A stretch of DNA of 62,311 nucleotides, counting the filler. It is 5 parts of 5 records of this genome, joined end to end, with 100 filler letters (N's around TTAATTAATTAA, not from the genome) between each part and the next. Parts side by side here need not be neighbours in the genome. Positions count along the whole stretch, not along the records: positions 25,917 to 33,956 come from DRR723986_5755; positions 34,057 to 56,697 come from DRR723986_5760; 3 more parts are not named here. One strand, given 5' to 3'. The position numbers and the translations under genes are program-made. Positions 30,874 through 40,643 of this stretch are shown here, one piece after another. How positions within the stretch are numbered: the first letter of the stretch is position 1; the number at the start of each line of letters is the position of its first letter. Below the pieces are notes generated by a model. It was not told the DNA's origin. It saw nothing but the letters and a program-made list of their open reading frames with translations, and searched no databases.

Positions 30874-30928
30874 CTTCATTTGGCTCAAAAACCTCTGCGG
30901 GGGGCCGGGGCGCGCAAAGCCCCCCGGC
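30874..30928 (+). repeat. Short intergenic palindromic element (Rhodobacteraceae type)
   Basis: CTTCATTTGGCTCAAAAACCTC head plus GCCGGGG...CCCCGGC hairpin. The head resembles 35576-35601. Confidence 0.45.
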
Positions 30929-30965
30929 GCTTGCCCCAAGGACAACAGCGGATTAAACCACCCTC

Positions 30966-31727
30966 ATGCTCAAAACCCGCATCATCCCCTGCCTTGACGT
31001 TGCCGATGGCCGCGTTGTCAAAGGCGTGAACTTTGTCGGCCTGCGTGATGCGGGCGATCCGGTGGACGCCGCCATCGCCTATGACGCCGCTGGCGCGGAC
31101 GAGCTGTGCTTTCTCGACATTCACGCAACCCACGAAAACCGCGGCACGATGTTTGATCTGGTGCGCCGCACAGCCGAACATTGCTATATCCCGCTGACAG
31201 TGGGGGGAGGGGTGCGCACTTCTGCCGATGTGCGGGCGCTGTTGTTAGCGGGGGCGGACAAGGTCAGTTTCAACTCCGCTGCCGTGGCCAACCCGGATGT
31301 GATCGCCGAGGCCGCCAACCAATTTGGCAGCCAATGCATCGTCTGCGCGATTGACGCCAAAACAGTCTCCCCCGGCAAATGGGAAATCTTTACCCATGGC
31401 GGCCGCAAGCCCACAGGCATAGACGCGGTGGAATTTGCCCGCACCGTGACAGCGAAGGGCGCGGGCGAGATCCTGTTGACCTCAATGGACCGGGACGGCA
31501 CAAAACAGGGGTTCAACCTGCCGCTGACCCGCGCCATTTCGGACGCTGTCCATGTTCCGGTGATCGCCTCTGGCGGGGTTGGCACGCTTGATCATCTGGT
31601 GGATGGCGTGACCCAAGGCGGCGCCTCTGCGGTGCTGGCCGCCTCGATCTTTCACTTTGGCGAATATACCATCGCCGAAGCCAAGGCGCATATGGCCGCC
31701 GCTGGCATCCCGATGAGGCTGACATGA
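30966..31727 (+). CDS. hisF: IGP synthase cyclase subunit
   Basis: [35 protein letters not shown]. Confidence 0.97.
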   Translation: MLKTRIIPCLDVADGRVVKGVNFVGLRDAGDPVDAAIAYDAAGADELCFLDIHATHENRGTMFDLVRRTAEHCYIPLTVGGGVRTSADVRALLLAGADKVSFNSAAVANPDVIAEAANQFGSQCIVCAIDAKTVSPGKWEIFTHGGRKPTGIDAVEFARTVTAKGAGEILLTSMDRDGTKQGFNLPLTRAISDAVHVPVIASGGVGTLDHLVDGVTQGGASAVLAASIFHFGEYTIAEAKAHMAAAGIPMRLT

Positions 31728-32035
31728 CCCTGGACGATCTTTACGCTACCATTCTCGCCCGCAAGGATGCGGATCCATCCAGCAGCTGGACCGCACAGCT
31801 TTTGGCCAAAGGCCCGGAGAAATGCGCCGAGAAGTTCGGCGAAGAGGCCGTGGAAGCCATCATCGAAGCCGTCAAAGGCGACCGCGATGCCCTCACGGGT
31901 GAAGCGGCAGATGTGCTTTATCATTTGCTGGTGATGCTGGCCGCGCGGGATGTGCCTCTGTCTGATGTGCTCGATAGGCTTGCCGCACGGCAAAACCAGT
32001 CTGGCATCGCTGAGAAAGCGTCGCGCGCGCCCTAG
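31724..32035 (+). CDS. hisE: Phosphoribosyl-ATP diphosphatase
   Basis: [17 protein letters not shown]. Confidence 0.96.
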   Translation: MTLDDLYATILARKDADPSSSWTAQLLAKGPEKCAEKFGEEAVEAIIEAVKGDRDALTGEAADVLYHLLVMLAARDVPLSDVLDRLAARQNQSGIAEKASRAP

Positions 32036-32499
32036 AGCTTGCTGGAAATCACGCCCGTGGCAAAGCCGCCCTGCCGCAGCTCTCCGAACAGGCGTTGATA
32101 TTCGATCTTGGGACAACGGTTCTGCACCACATCGACGCCCCTCGCTTCGGCTTTGGCCGCAGCTTGCGGGTGTTCGACGCCGATCTGCATCCAGATTGTT
32201 TGCAGGTTTGGGAATGCCTCAAGGGCCTCATCCACAATCTCGGGCACAGCTTCGGAGCGGCGGAAAATATCCACCATATCAACAGCGCCTTCGATTTCGC
32301 CAAGGCTGCCAACCACAGTCTGACCAAAAAGCACCTCGCCTGTGTGGCGCGGGTTGACCGGGATCACCTGATACCCGCGCAGCCCAAGGTATCGCGCCAC
32401 ATAATAGCTGGGGCGCACGGGATTCATCGAAACCCCAACCACAGCAATGCGTTTGCTGCGGGTCAGGATGGTTTTCAGCCAGGCATCGGAATAGGTCAT
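32032..32499 (-). CDS. CoA-binding protein (YccU-like)
   Basis: IAVVGVS, VIPVNP, DMVDIFR, WMQIG, NRCPKIE. Confidence 0.92.
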   Translation of the reverse strand: MTYSDAWLKTILTRSKRIAVVGVSMNPVRPSYYVARYLGLRGYQVIPVNPRHTGEVLFGQTVVGSLGEIEGAVDMVDIFRRSEAVPEIVDEALEAFPNLQTIWMQIGVEHPQAAAKAEARGVDVVQNRCPKIEYQRLFGELRQGGFATGVISSKL

Positions 32500-32522
32500 G
32501 CCTCACCCTACCCCCTTGCATC

Positions 32523-32620
32523 AAAAGAAAAAAGCGCCCCGATTGCCGAAGGGCAATGGGGCGCGAAGGTACGGAACGAGGGACAGTAAAGCATCAGCCG
32601 GTGGTTCCAAACCGGCCTGC
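32523..32620 (-). ncRNA. Candidate small regulatory RNA (~95 nt)
   Basis: 5' hairpin GCCGGU/ACCGGC, single-stranded C/U-rich linker UGUCCCUCGUUCC, strong 13-bp terminator stem plus U-tract. No convincing ORF. Confidence 0.55.
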
Positions 32621-32672
32621 ACATAAAAGGTAAGTTTCTTGCGCTGCTTTCAAAGGGGTAGCAGGGCGCGGA

Positions 32673-32688
32673 TGAACATTCTGTTAAC
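32673..32688. promoter_or_regulatory. CtrA-like binding site
   Basis: TGAA-cattctg-TTAAC, one mismatch from TTAA-N7-TTAAC. Confidence 0.45.
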
Positions 32689-32720
32689 AAACGGGCAATA
32701 TCCCGCCGATCCGCGCGGCT

Positions 32721-33032
32721 TCAGTCAAAGATGTCTTCGACAAAATCGAACAGATCCTCGGCGAAATCCTTGAACTTGCCGCCGAAGATCTTCTTTTTCT
32801 TGGGCTTTTTCCGGCGTTTGCGCTGTGGCTGCGCCTGTCCGGCAAAATCACGCAACGCCGGTTGGTGGCTGATCGCCGCCGGGCGCTGTGCGGGTTTCAC
32901 CGGCAGCGCCTTGAGCTGGCGCAGGGGCGCACCGCAGCTGGCACAGGACAGCTCTTGCCGCCCCTTGCCCAGTTTCAGTGCCGCCTTGCTGCCGCAGTGA
33001 CAGCAGGTCGCGATCTTGGTTGGTCCGCCCAT
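32721..33032 (-). CDS. Small zinc-ribbon hypothetical protein
   Basis: CCHCG and CASCG, a basic tract, and an acidic-aromatic tail DLFDFVEDIFD. Confidence 0.78.
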   Translation of the reverse strand: MGGPTKIATCCHCGSKAALKLGKGRQELSCASCGAPLRQLKALPVKPAQRPAAISHQPALRDFAGQAQPQRKRRKKPKKKKIFGGKFKDFAEDLFDFVEDIFD

Positions 33033-33041
33033 TGTGCCCTC

Positions 33042-33818
33042 TTAGGAATGATCCTTGGTGGCATATAGGGCGATTGCGGCGGCGTTGGAGACATTGAGCG
33101 ATCCAAACTGCCCTGATGCGTCAATCCGTACCAGCGCATCGACGGTTTCACGGGTCTTTTCGCGCAAGCCCGGCCCCTCGGCCCCCAGCACCAGTGCCAC
33201 AGGGCGATCGCGTTTGCCCGCCACTGCCGCTTCGATAGTCTGGGTGGCCTCGCCATCAAGGCCCAACACCAGATAGCCCATGTTCTGCAACGCCCGGATC
33301 GCATCTGCCAGATTGCGCACCCGCAAATAGGGCTGCCGTTCAAGCGCACCAGAGGCGGTTTTGGCCAGCGCCCCGGTTTCAGGCGCCGAATGGTGCCGTG
33401 TGCCCACCACCGCAGAAGCGCCCAGCACCTCGGCAGAGCGCAGGATCGCGCCAACGTTATGCGGGTCGGTCACCCGGTCCAACAGCAACACACGGGGCGC
33501 AGAATCGCCGATGCAGACATCCTCAAGCCGCCCCCAGTTCAGCGGCTTGACCTCCAGAACAGCCCCCTGATGCACCGAACCGGGATCAATGGGCGGATGG
33601 AACTTGCGCGGATCAACAACCTGCGGCGTGATGCCTGCCTCTGCAATCGCCTCTTCCAGTTTGATCTGCGCGTTTGGTGTCACCATCAGCGTCAGTTTCT
33701 CCCGCGCCGGGTTCACCAAGGCATCGCGCACCGCATGCAAACCAAAGAGCCAGAGCGTCGCATTTGCCTCGGCTTTTTTGTCCTGCTCTTTCTGCACGAC
33801 CCACTTTGGTTTTTTCAT
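33042..33818 (-). CDS. rlmB: 23S rRNA Gm2251 2'-O-methyltransferase
   Basis: DRVTDPHNVGAILRSA, LGAEGPGL, SLNVSNAA (SPOUT motifs). Confidence 0.95.
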   Translation of the reverse strand: MKKPKWVVQKEQDKKAEANATLWLFGLHAVRDALVNPAREKLTLMVTPNAQIKLEEAIAEAGITPQVVDPRKFHPPIDPGSVHQGAVLEVKPLNWGRLEDVCIGDSAPRVLLLDRVTDPHNVGAILRSAEVLGASAVVGTRHHSAPETGALAKTASGALERQPYLRVRNLADAIRALQNMGYLVLGLDGEATQTIEAAVAGKRDRPVALVLGAEGPGLREKTRETVDALVRIDASGQFGSLNVSNAAAIALYATKDHS

Positions 33819-33864
33819 TTCGCCATCCTCAAAAAATTGTCGCGCCCTTTGGTCGGTTTTCGCC

Positions 33865-33893
33865 TTGACGCCTGTCAGGGTCGCTTGTAATCA
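33865..33893 (+). promoter_or_regulatory. Sigma70-type promoter of the tRNA
   Basis: TTGACG-17 nt-TAATCA upstream of the tRNA fragment. Confidence 0.65.
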
Positions 33894-33929
33894 CGCCTCC
33901 ACGTTCGGTGCAATGCACAGAAGGTAAGT

Positions 33930-33956
33930 GGGCGACAGGCCGCAAGGTGTGGCAGG
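33930..33956 (+). tRNA. 5' fragment of tRNA-Tyr (cut by contig end)
   Basis: GGGCGACAGGCCGCAAGGTGTGGCAGG matches the Rhodobacteraceae tRNA-Tyr 5' end as I recall it. Divergent from rlmB, as is typical. Anticodon not visible. Confidence 0.7.
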
Positions 33957-34056
33957 NNNNNNNNNNNNNNNNNNNNNNNNNNNNNNNNNNNNNNNNNNNN
34001 TTAATTAATTAANNNNNNNNNNNNNNNNNNNNNNNNNNNNNNNNNNNNNNNNNNNN
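33957..34056. other. Artificial contig linker
   Basis: N-run with TTAATTAATTAA. Confidence 0.99.
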
Positions 34057-35064
34057 GCCCTTGATGCGCGGCACGTTGACCATGCCCACGGAACAGCCAA
34101 GCAGCGCACCGCCTGGGAAAACCATCTTCGGCATCGACTGATAGCCGCCTTCCGAGATCGCCCGCGCGCCATAGGCGATCCGCTTGCCGCCTTCCAGCAG
34201 CTCCGCAACCATCGGATGATGCTTGAACCGCTGGAATTCCATATAGGGGAAGAGATGCGGGTTCTTGTAGTTCAGGTGAACCACGAAGCCCACGTAAACC
34301 TGATTATTCTCAAGATGATAGATGAAAGACCCGCCGCCCGCATTGGACCCAAGCGGCCAACCCATTGTGTGGGTCACGGTCCCTTCGCGGTGCTTTTCCG
34401 GGTCAATCTCCCAGATCTCTTTCATGCCGAGGCCGAATTTCTGCGGCTCGTGTCCATGCGAGAGGTCGTATTTCTCGATAACTTCCTTGGCCAGCGACCC
34501 GCGCACACCCTCGGACAGGAACACGTATTTGCCGTGCAGCTCCATCCCCGGTTCGGTGTTCTCTCCGATGGTGCCGTCAGCCTCCAGACCGAAGACACCA
34601 GCAACAACGCCCTTCACCTCGCCATTGTCACCATAGACCAGTTCGGAACAGGCCATGCCGGGGAAGATCTCGACGCCCATTTCCTCGGCCTGCTCGGCCA
34701 TCCAGCGGCAGACATTGCCCATGGAGACGATGTAGTTGCCGTGGTTGTTCATCAGGGGCGGCATCGGGAAGTTCGGCACGCGGAGCTGTCCCGCGGGTCC
34801 AAGAACGTAAAAGTTGTCCTCCTTGACGGCCGTGTTCAGCGGCGCACCCTTTGCTTTCCAGTCGGGGATCAGCGCGTCGAGGCCACAGGGGTCCAGAACG
34901 GCGCCGGACAGAATATGCGCCCCAACCTCGGATCCCTTTTCAAGCACCACGACACTCAGGTCGGCATCAAGCTGCTTCAGCCGGATCGCAGCAGACAGAC
35001 CGGCAGGCCCCGCCCCTACGATCACGACGTCATATTCCATCGACTCGCGTTCGATCTCGGACAT
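34057..35064 (-). CDS. Electron transfer flavoprotein-ubiquinone oxidoreductase (3'-partial)
   Basis: RESMEYDVVIVGAGPAGL, EKGSEVGAHILSGA, YGARAISEGG, NVPRIKG. Confidence 0.96.
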
Positions 35065-35142
35065 TCCTGAATTCCCTCTGGTTCGGCGCCCCCTGAGCGC
35101 CAAGAATTTCGGTTCGGGATGGGGTAACGCGGCCTGCCTGCC

Positions 35143-35158
35143 GCGTCAATTGCGACGC
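35143..35158. promoter_or_regulatory. RegA/PrrA-like inverted repeat
   Basis: GCGTC-aattgc-GACGC fits GCGNC-(AT-rich)-GNCGC and lies upstream of a respiratory gene. Confidence 0.4.
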
Positions 35159-35240
35159 AACATCACTTTGCCTTTTGGCGTCGCAGACTAACTATGTTTC
35201 GTCGCCCATTGGTCGCCGCCCCCGAAAAAAGGAAGACGTC

Positions 35241-35546
35241 ATGACCCCAACCCGCCTTTTGTTCTTTGCTCTCGCGATTCTGGGCACGGTTCTGCCAATG
35301 CGCTATTTTCTGGCCTGGTTTGGCGAAAACGGTTTTTCGATCATGGGCATGGTGGACGCGTGGCACGCCAATGCCGCGACGTCCGGGTTGGTCTGGGATC
35401 TGACCATCGCTGCGCTGGCCCTGACCTTGTGGGTGCTGATCGAAACGGTGCGGGGTCGCAACTGGTGGGGGTTGGTGGCGATCCCTGCCACGTTTTGCAT
35501 CGGGGTCAGTTGTGGCCTGCCGCTCTACCTGGCCTTGCGCCGCTAA
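35241..35546 (+). CDS. DUF2834 membrane protein
   Basis: GLVWDL, IPATFCIGVSCGLPLYL. Confidence 0.85.
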   Translation: MTPTRLLFFALAILGTVLPMRYFLAWFGENGFSIMGMVDAWHANAATSGLVWDLTIAALALTLWVLIETVRGRNWWGLVAIPATFCIGVSCGLPLYLALRR

Positions 35547-35684
35547 CCTCGGGCAAGGCTATTGCGCTCTATGGTCTTCTTCTTGGCGGAAATACTCAAA
35601 TAAGCCCGATCACGCTGAACATCCGACCTTTCAGATTCACGCGACGGGAAAAGGCGCTTCAAAGCGCCTTCCCCCGCGCATCCT

Positions 35685-36662
35685 TCAAAGGGTCAGGATT
35701 GTTGAGCCGGTGGTCTTTCGCGCCTCAAGCGTGCGGTGTGCTTCGGCAACGGCGTCCAGCGGGAATGTCTGACCGATGCGGATCGTCACATCTCCGGCAA
35801 CCACCTTCCCGAACAGTTCACGCGCCATTTCCTGGCAGGTGGTCCCATCCGCGATATGGGTGAACAGGGTCGGTCGTGTGATCTTGAGCGAGCCTTTCTG
35901 ACCCAAGATCCCAACCGAGAACGGCGGCACAGGGCCAGAGGCGTTGCCAAACGAAATCATCATCCCAAGCGGCCTGAGACTGTCGAGCGAGCCCTCGAAC
36001 GTGTCGGCCCCTACGGCGTCCATCACCACATCCACGCCTGCGCCGCCGGTTAGCTCCTTCACGCGGGCCACCCAGTCCTCGTTGCGATAGTTGATGCAGT
36101 CCGACGCGCCATGATCCAGAGCCAGCTGGCACTTTTCATCGGTTCCGGCAGTGCCGATCAGGCGGATGCCCTCGGACCGCGCCCATTGGCAGGCGATCAG
36201 CCCGACGCCCCCGGCAGCGGCGTGGAACAGAACCGTGTCTCCCGGCAGGATCGGTGTGGTGCGACGGAAGAGATACTGAACGGTCAGCCCCTTCAGCATC
36301 ATCGCCGCGCCCTCCTCGAAGGAAATCGCGTCAGGCAGGGGGCAGACTTGCGCGGCGGGCATCACCCGCGCCTCGGCATAAGCGCCGGGGGGCTGCGCGG
36401 CATAGGCGGCCCGGTCGCCCGCTTTCAGATGCGTCACGCCTTCACCTACGGCTTCGATCACGCCTGCCGCTTCCATGCCAAGCGCGTGGGGCAGTTGCAT
36501 CGGATAAAGCCCGGTGCGCTGATACACGTCGATGAAGTTCAGCCCCACGGCCTTGTGCCGGATCAGCACTTGCCCCGGTCCGGGCTGCCCGAGATCCAGA
36601 TCGACCAACTTGAACTTCTCTGGGCCGCCATGCTCCTCGATCACCATTGCCTTCACGGTCAT
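35685..36662 (-). CDS. qor: NADPH:quinone oxidoreductase
   Basis: GLNFIDVY, LKGLT, HAAAGGVG, SFGNASG, TTGS. Confidence 0.92.
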   Translation of the reverse strand: MTVKAMVIEEHGGPEKFKLVDLDLGQPGPGQVLIRHKAVGLNFIDVYQRTGLYPMQLPHALGMEAAGVIEAVGEGVTHLKAGDRAAYAAQPPGAYAEARVMPAAQVCPLPDAISFEEGAAMMLKGLTVQYLFRRTTPILPGDTVLFHAAAGGVGLIACQWARSEGIRLIGTAGTDEKCQLALDHGASDCINYRNEDWVARVKELTGGAGVDVVMDAVGADTFEGSLDSLRPLGMMISFGNASGPVPPFSVGILGQKGSLKITRPTLFTHIADGTTCQEMARELFGKVVAGDVTIRIGQTFPLDAVAEAHRTLEARKTTGSTILTL

Positions 36663-36796
36663 CGCACTTCCCTCCTGCGGATGAGACATCGTTGCGACAA
36701 GAGCTAGGCGCGACGTTTGAACAAGTCGAGTATCTCTTTGAATTTTCCCCGTCAGGTGCTACCTGCGCCCCGCGTTCCCCCGAAAGGTCGACCCAG

Positions 36797-38062
36797 ATGG
36801 ATCACTTCCTGTATCGCGATGGCATCCTGCATGCCGAAGACGTCCCCCTGCCCGAGATCGCGGCAGCGGTCGGCACGCCTTTTTATGTCTATTCCACCGC
36901 CACGCTGACGCGGCACTACCAGTTGTTCAAGGACGCGCTGGACGGGGTGCCGAACATGGTCTGCTACGCCATGAAGGCCAATTCCAACCAGGCGGTGCTG
37001 AAGGTGCTGGCCGGGCTTGGGGCGGGTATGGATGTCGTGTCGGGGGGGGAATACGCGCGGGCCAGAGCGGCGGGTGTGCCGGGCGATCGCATCGTCTTTT
37101 CGGGGGTCGGCAAGACGCGTGAGGAAATGCGTCTGGCGTTGGAGGGCGGTATTCGCCAGTTCAACATCGAGAGCGAGCCGGAGATGGCTGTTCTGTCCGA
37201 GGTCGCATCTTCCATGGGTGCAACGGCCCCGGTGACCATCCGTGTGAACCCCGATGTGGATGCGCGGACCCATGAAAAGATTGCGACCGGTAAATCCGAG
37301 AACAAGTTCGGCATCCCCATTGCCCGCGCCCGAGAGGTCTATGCCCTGGCCGCCAGCCTGCCGGGGCTGGAGGTGATCGGGATCGACGTGCATATCGGCA
37401 GCCAGTTGGTGGAACTGGAACCGTTCGAGCAAGCCTATCAGAAAGTCGCGGAACTGACCCGCGTGCTGCGCGCGGATGGCCATGACATCCGACGGTTGGA
37501 TCTCGGCGGCGGCCTGGGCATTCCCTACACCCGATCCAACGAAGCGCCGCCCCTGCCCTTGGACTACGGTGCGTTGATCAAGCGCTCGGTCGCGGGGCTG
37601 GATGTCGAGGTCGAGATCGAACCGGGCCGCCTGATTGCGGGAAATGCCGGGCTGCTGGTATCGTCGGTCATCTATCTCAAGGAAGGCGAAGGCCGGAAAT
37701 TCCTGATCCTCGATGCGGCGATGAATGACCTGATCCGCCCGTCAATGTATTCGGCCTATCACGATATCGACCCGGTCGTTGAACCCGCGCCGGCGACAGA
37801 GCGAGAGGTTTTCGACATTGTCGGTCCGGTCTGCGAAAGCGGCGATACCTTCGCCAAGGGACGCGAGATGACACCGCTTGGCGCGGGCGATCTGGTGGCC
37901 TTCCGCTCGGCCGGTGCCTATGGCGCGGTCATGTCGTCGGAATACAACACAAGGCCGCTGATCCCCGAGGTTCTGGTGAAGGATGATCAATTCGCTGTCA
38001 TCCGGGCGCGTCCGACGTTTGACGAGATGATAAATCGCGATATCGTTCCAGAGTGGCTCTAA
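36797..38062 (+). CDS. lysA: Diaminopimelate decarboxylase
   Basis: YAMKAN, HIGSQ, DLGGG, EPGR, GPVCESGD, GAYG. Confidence 0.97.
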   Translation: MDHFLYRDGILHAEDVPLPEIAAAVGTPFYVYSTATLTRHYQLFKDALDGVPNMVCYAMKANSNQAVLKVLAGLGAGMDVVSGGEYARARAAGVPGDRIVFSGVGKTREEMRLALEGGIRQFNIESEPEMAVLSEVASSMGATAPVTIRVNPDVDARTHEKIATGKSENKFGIPIARAREVYALAASLPGLEVIGIDVHIGSQLVELEPFEQAYQKVAELTRVLRADGHDIRRLDLGGGLGIPYTRSNEAPPLPLDYGALIKRSVAGLDVEVEIEPGRLIAGNAGLLVSSVIYLKEGEGRKFLILDAAMNDLIRPSMYSAYHDIDPVVEPAPATEREVFDIVGPVCESGDTFAKGREMTPLGAGDLVAFRSAGAYGAVMSSEYNTRPLIPEVLVKDDQFAVIRARPTFDEMINRDIVPEWL

Positions 38063-38105
38063 GCTGCTCTGGTCCCGTTTCGGGGCGTAACCCGCGAAAG
38101 GTCGC

Positions 38106-40637
38106 ATGACCGAAAAGACCCCTATCACGCAGGCGACACTGGATCGTCTGGCATGGCCGCTTCGGCTGACCCGCCTTGGTATTGGGGCGGAACGTTTTGT
38201 GCGGGCGTTCTGGCCGGTCTGGACGATTCTGCTGACCGTGGTGGCCGCGCTTGCCTTTGGCTTGGCTGATGCGGTGCCACCTGTCTGGCTGATCGGCGGC
38301 TTGTCGCTTGTGGCAGTGGCGCTGATCTGGACCGTGCTGCGCGGGCTTCGGCAGTTTCACCTGCCGTCCCGAGCCGAGGCGATGGACCGGCTGGATCAGA
38401 CCATGCCGGGGCGGCCCCTGACGGCCCTGGTGGATCATGCGGCTATCGGGGCGGACGACGCGCAGTCGATGGCCGTCTGGCAGGCGCATCAGCGCCGCAT
38501 GGCGGACCGCGCCGCACTTGCCCGCGCGCCGGAACCGGACCTGCACCTTCACGATCGCGACCCCTATGGCCTGCGCTTCATGGCCGCGACCGCCTTTGCC
38601 ATGGCGCTGCTCTTTGGCACGATCTGGCGGGTGGCGGATGTGGGCGACGCCATGGCCGGCGCGCCGCAATTGCCCGCAACAGGTGGCCCAAGCTGGGAAG
38701 GCTGGGTGGAACCACCGCTTTATACCGGGCTGCCGTCGCTTTACCTCAATGACATCGTGGTGGAGGAATTCGAAGCGCCTGTCGGCTCGTGGATCACCCT
38801 GCGGCTTTATGGCGAGGCGGAACAGATCGGCATCGAGCAGAGCTTGCAGACCGAGATTGCCCCCGCTGATCCTGCCAGCCTGTCGCGCCAGATCATTGTT
38901 GAACAGACCGGGGATCTGTCCATTACAGGTGCCAACCCTCGCAGTTGGCGGATCGTCATGCTGGCCGACCGCGCGCCTTCGGTCAGCTTGGCCGAGCCTG
39001 TGGAAGGGGTGCCGCCGGGTGCGTTCCAGATGACCTATTCGGCCGAGGATGACTATGGCGTGCGTGGTGGGCAGGCAATCCTGACGCTTTGGCCCGAGGC
39101 CGCCGACCGCCGTTATGGCCTGATCGTCGAGCCAGAGCCGCGAGAGGCGCTTGTGCTGGATTTGCCGCTGCCATTCCGCGGTGGACGGCAGGAGTTTTCC
39201 GAGGCGCTGATCGAAGACCTCTCTCAGCATCCGTTCGCCAACCTGCCCGTGAGGCTGGAACTGAGCGTCGAGGATGACGCAGGCCAGACCGGACAAAGCG
39301 TGGTGGAACTGGACCGGCTGCCCGGACGGCGGTTTTTTGATCCGATTGCCAACGCACTGATCGAGATGCGCCGCGATCTGCTGTGGTCGCGGGAAAACGC
39401 CCCACGAGTGGCGCAGTTGCTGCGCGCGATCACACATCGGCCTGACGAATTCTTCGACGATGAAGAGGTCTACCGGCAGGTACGCTCGGTCATCCAACGG
39501 CTGGAAGCGGCGGTGGACGGGATCTCTGCCGACACCCGTGACGAGGTTGCGCAGATCCTCTGGGATGCAGCGATTGCGCTGGAAGAGGGTGATCTGTCCG
39601 ATGCGCTGGAACAGTTGCGACGCGCCCAGGATCGGCTGGCCGAGGCAATGCGGCAGGGCGCCAGCGACGAGGAAATCTCTCAGCTGATGCAGGAACTTCG
39701 CGACGCAATGCAGGACTATATGCAGGAACTTGCCGACAACATGGAACCGGGCGACGGCACCGACCAGCCCGACCAGTCTGGCGAGAGCATGGAAATGTCC
39801 ATGAACGATCTGGAAGAGATGATGCGCCGGATCGAAGAGCTGATGCAGCAGGGCCGCATGGCAGAAGCGCAAGAGATGCTGGATGCGCTGCGTCAGATGA
39901 TGGAAAACATGCAGATGACGCAAGGGGGCGACGACCCTAACGGCCCGCGCAGCCCCGGCCAACAGGCGATGGAGGGCTTGCAGGATACGTTGCGTGATCA
40001 GCAGGGGCTGGCGGATGAGGCGTTCCGCGATCTCCAGGATCGGTTCAACCCCAACAGCCCGCGCCCCGAACCGGGCGAAGAGGGGCAGGAAGGCAACCAG
40101 CAAGGTGGCCAGCAGGGCGGAGAGAACGACGAGGGCAGCCTGGCCGAACGTCAGCGCCAGTTGCTGGAACAGCTGCGCGACCAGGCCCAGAACATGCCGG
40201 GGCGTGGCACGGAAGAGGGCGAAGAGACGCTGCAACGCCTGGAAGAAGCCGGCCGCGCGATGCGCGATGCGATCGAGGAACTGGAACGCGGCGATCTGGC
40301 CGAGGCATTGGACAGCCAGTCCGAGGCCATGGAAGGTCTGCGCGAAGGCATGGAAGCGCTGAGCGAGGCACTCGCAGGTGATGAGGGCGACGACCCGGGT
40401 CAAGGTCAGGCCGAAGGAAACATGCAAGCCGAACGCCCGCTGGAAGACCCTCTTGGCCGTCAAGCCGGAAACTCGGGCGCACTTGGATCCGAGGAAAGCT
40501 TCGAGCAGCGCGAAGAGGCCTTCCGCCGGGCACGCGAGTTGCTTGACGAAATCCGCCGCAGGTCTGCGGAACAGGACCGCCCCGACGTGGAACTGGATTA
40601 TCTGCGCCGCCTGCTGGACCGCTTCGCCGCCCAGTAG
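38106..40637 (+). CDS. TIGR02302/DUF4175 family membrane-anchored coiled-coil protein
   Basis: DPYGLR, WVEPPLYTG, EDDYGV, Q/M-rich coils, DPLGR, ELDYLRRLL. Lies downstream of lysA. Confidence 0.9.
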   Translation: MTEKTPITQATLDRLAWPLRLTRLGIGAERFVRAFWPVWTILLTVVAALAFGLADAVPPVWLIGGLSLVAVALIWTVLRGLRQFHLPSRAEAMDRLDQTMPGRPLTALVDHAAIGADDAQSMAVWQAHQRRMADRAALARAPEPDLHLHDRDPYGLRFMAATAFAMALLFGTIWRVADVGDAMAGAPQLPATGGPSWEGWVEPPLYTGLPSLYLNDIVVEEFEAPVGSWITLRLYGEAEQIGIEQSLQTEIAPADPASLSRQIIVEQTGDLSITGANPRSWRIVMLADRAPSVSLAEPVEGVPPGAFQMTYSAEDDYGVRGGQAILTLWPEAADRRYGLIVEPEPREALVLDLPLPFRGGRQEFSEALIEDLSQHPFANLPVRLELSVEDDAGQTGQSVVELDRLPGRRFFDPIANALIEMRRDLLWSRENAPRVAQLLRAITHRPDEFFDDEEVYRQVRSVIQRLEAAVDGISADTRDEVAQILWDAAIALEEGDLSDALEQLRRAQDRLAEAMRQGASDEEISQLMQELRDAMQDYMQELADNMEPGDGTDQPDQSGESMEMSMNDLEEMMRRIEELMQQGRMAEAQEMLDALRQMMENMQMTQGGDDPNGPRSPGQQAMEGLQDTLRDQQGLADEAFRDLQDRFNPNSPRPEPGEEGQEGNQQGGQQGGENDEGSLAERQRQLLEQLRDQAQNMPGRGTEEGEETLQRLEEAGRAMRDAIEELERGDLAEALDSQSEAMEGLREGMEALSEALAGDEGDDPGQGQAEGNMQAERPLEDPLGRQAGNSGALGSEESFEQREEAFRRARELLDEIRRRSAEQDRPDVELDYLRRLLDRFAAQ

Positions 40638-40643
40638 GGCGCA

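Noticed and set aside
39600-40400. Q/E/M-rich quasi-repeats as a tandem repeat or array
   Set aside because: Low-complexity coiled-coil coding sequence within the TIGR02302 gene, with no fixed-period nucleotide repeat.
37998-40463. Long antisense ORFs (also 1299-2585, 19092-20519, 24194-25864, 42858-44198, 53154-54677)
   Set aside because: They overlap well-supported genes, mostly on the opposite strand, as expected in GC-rich DNA, and carry no recognisable motifs.
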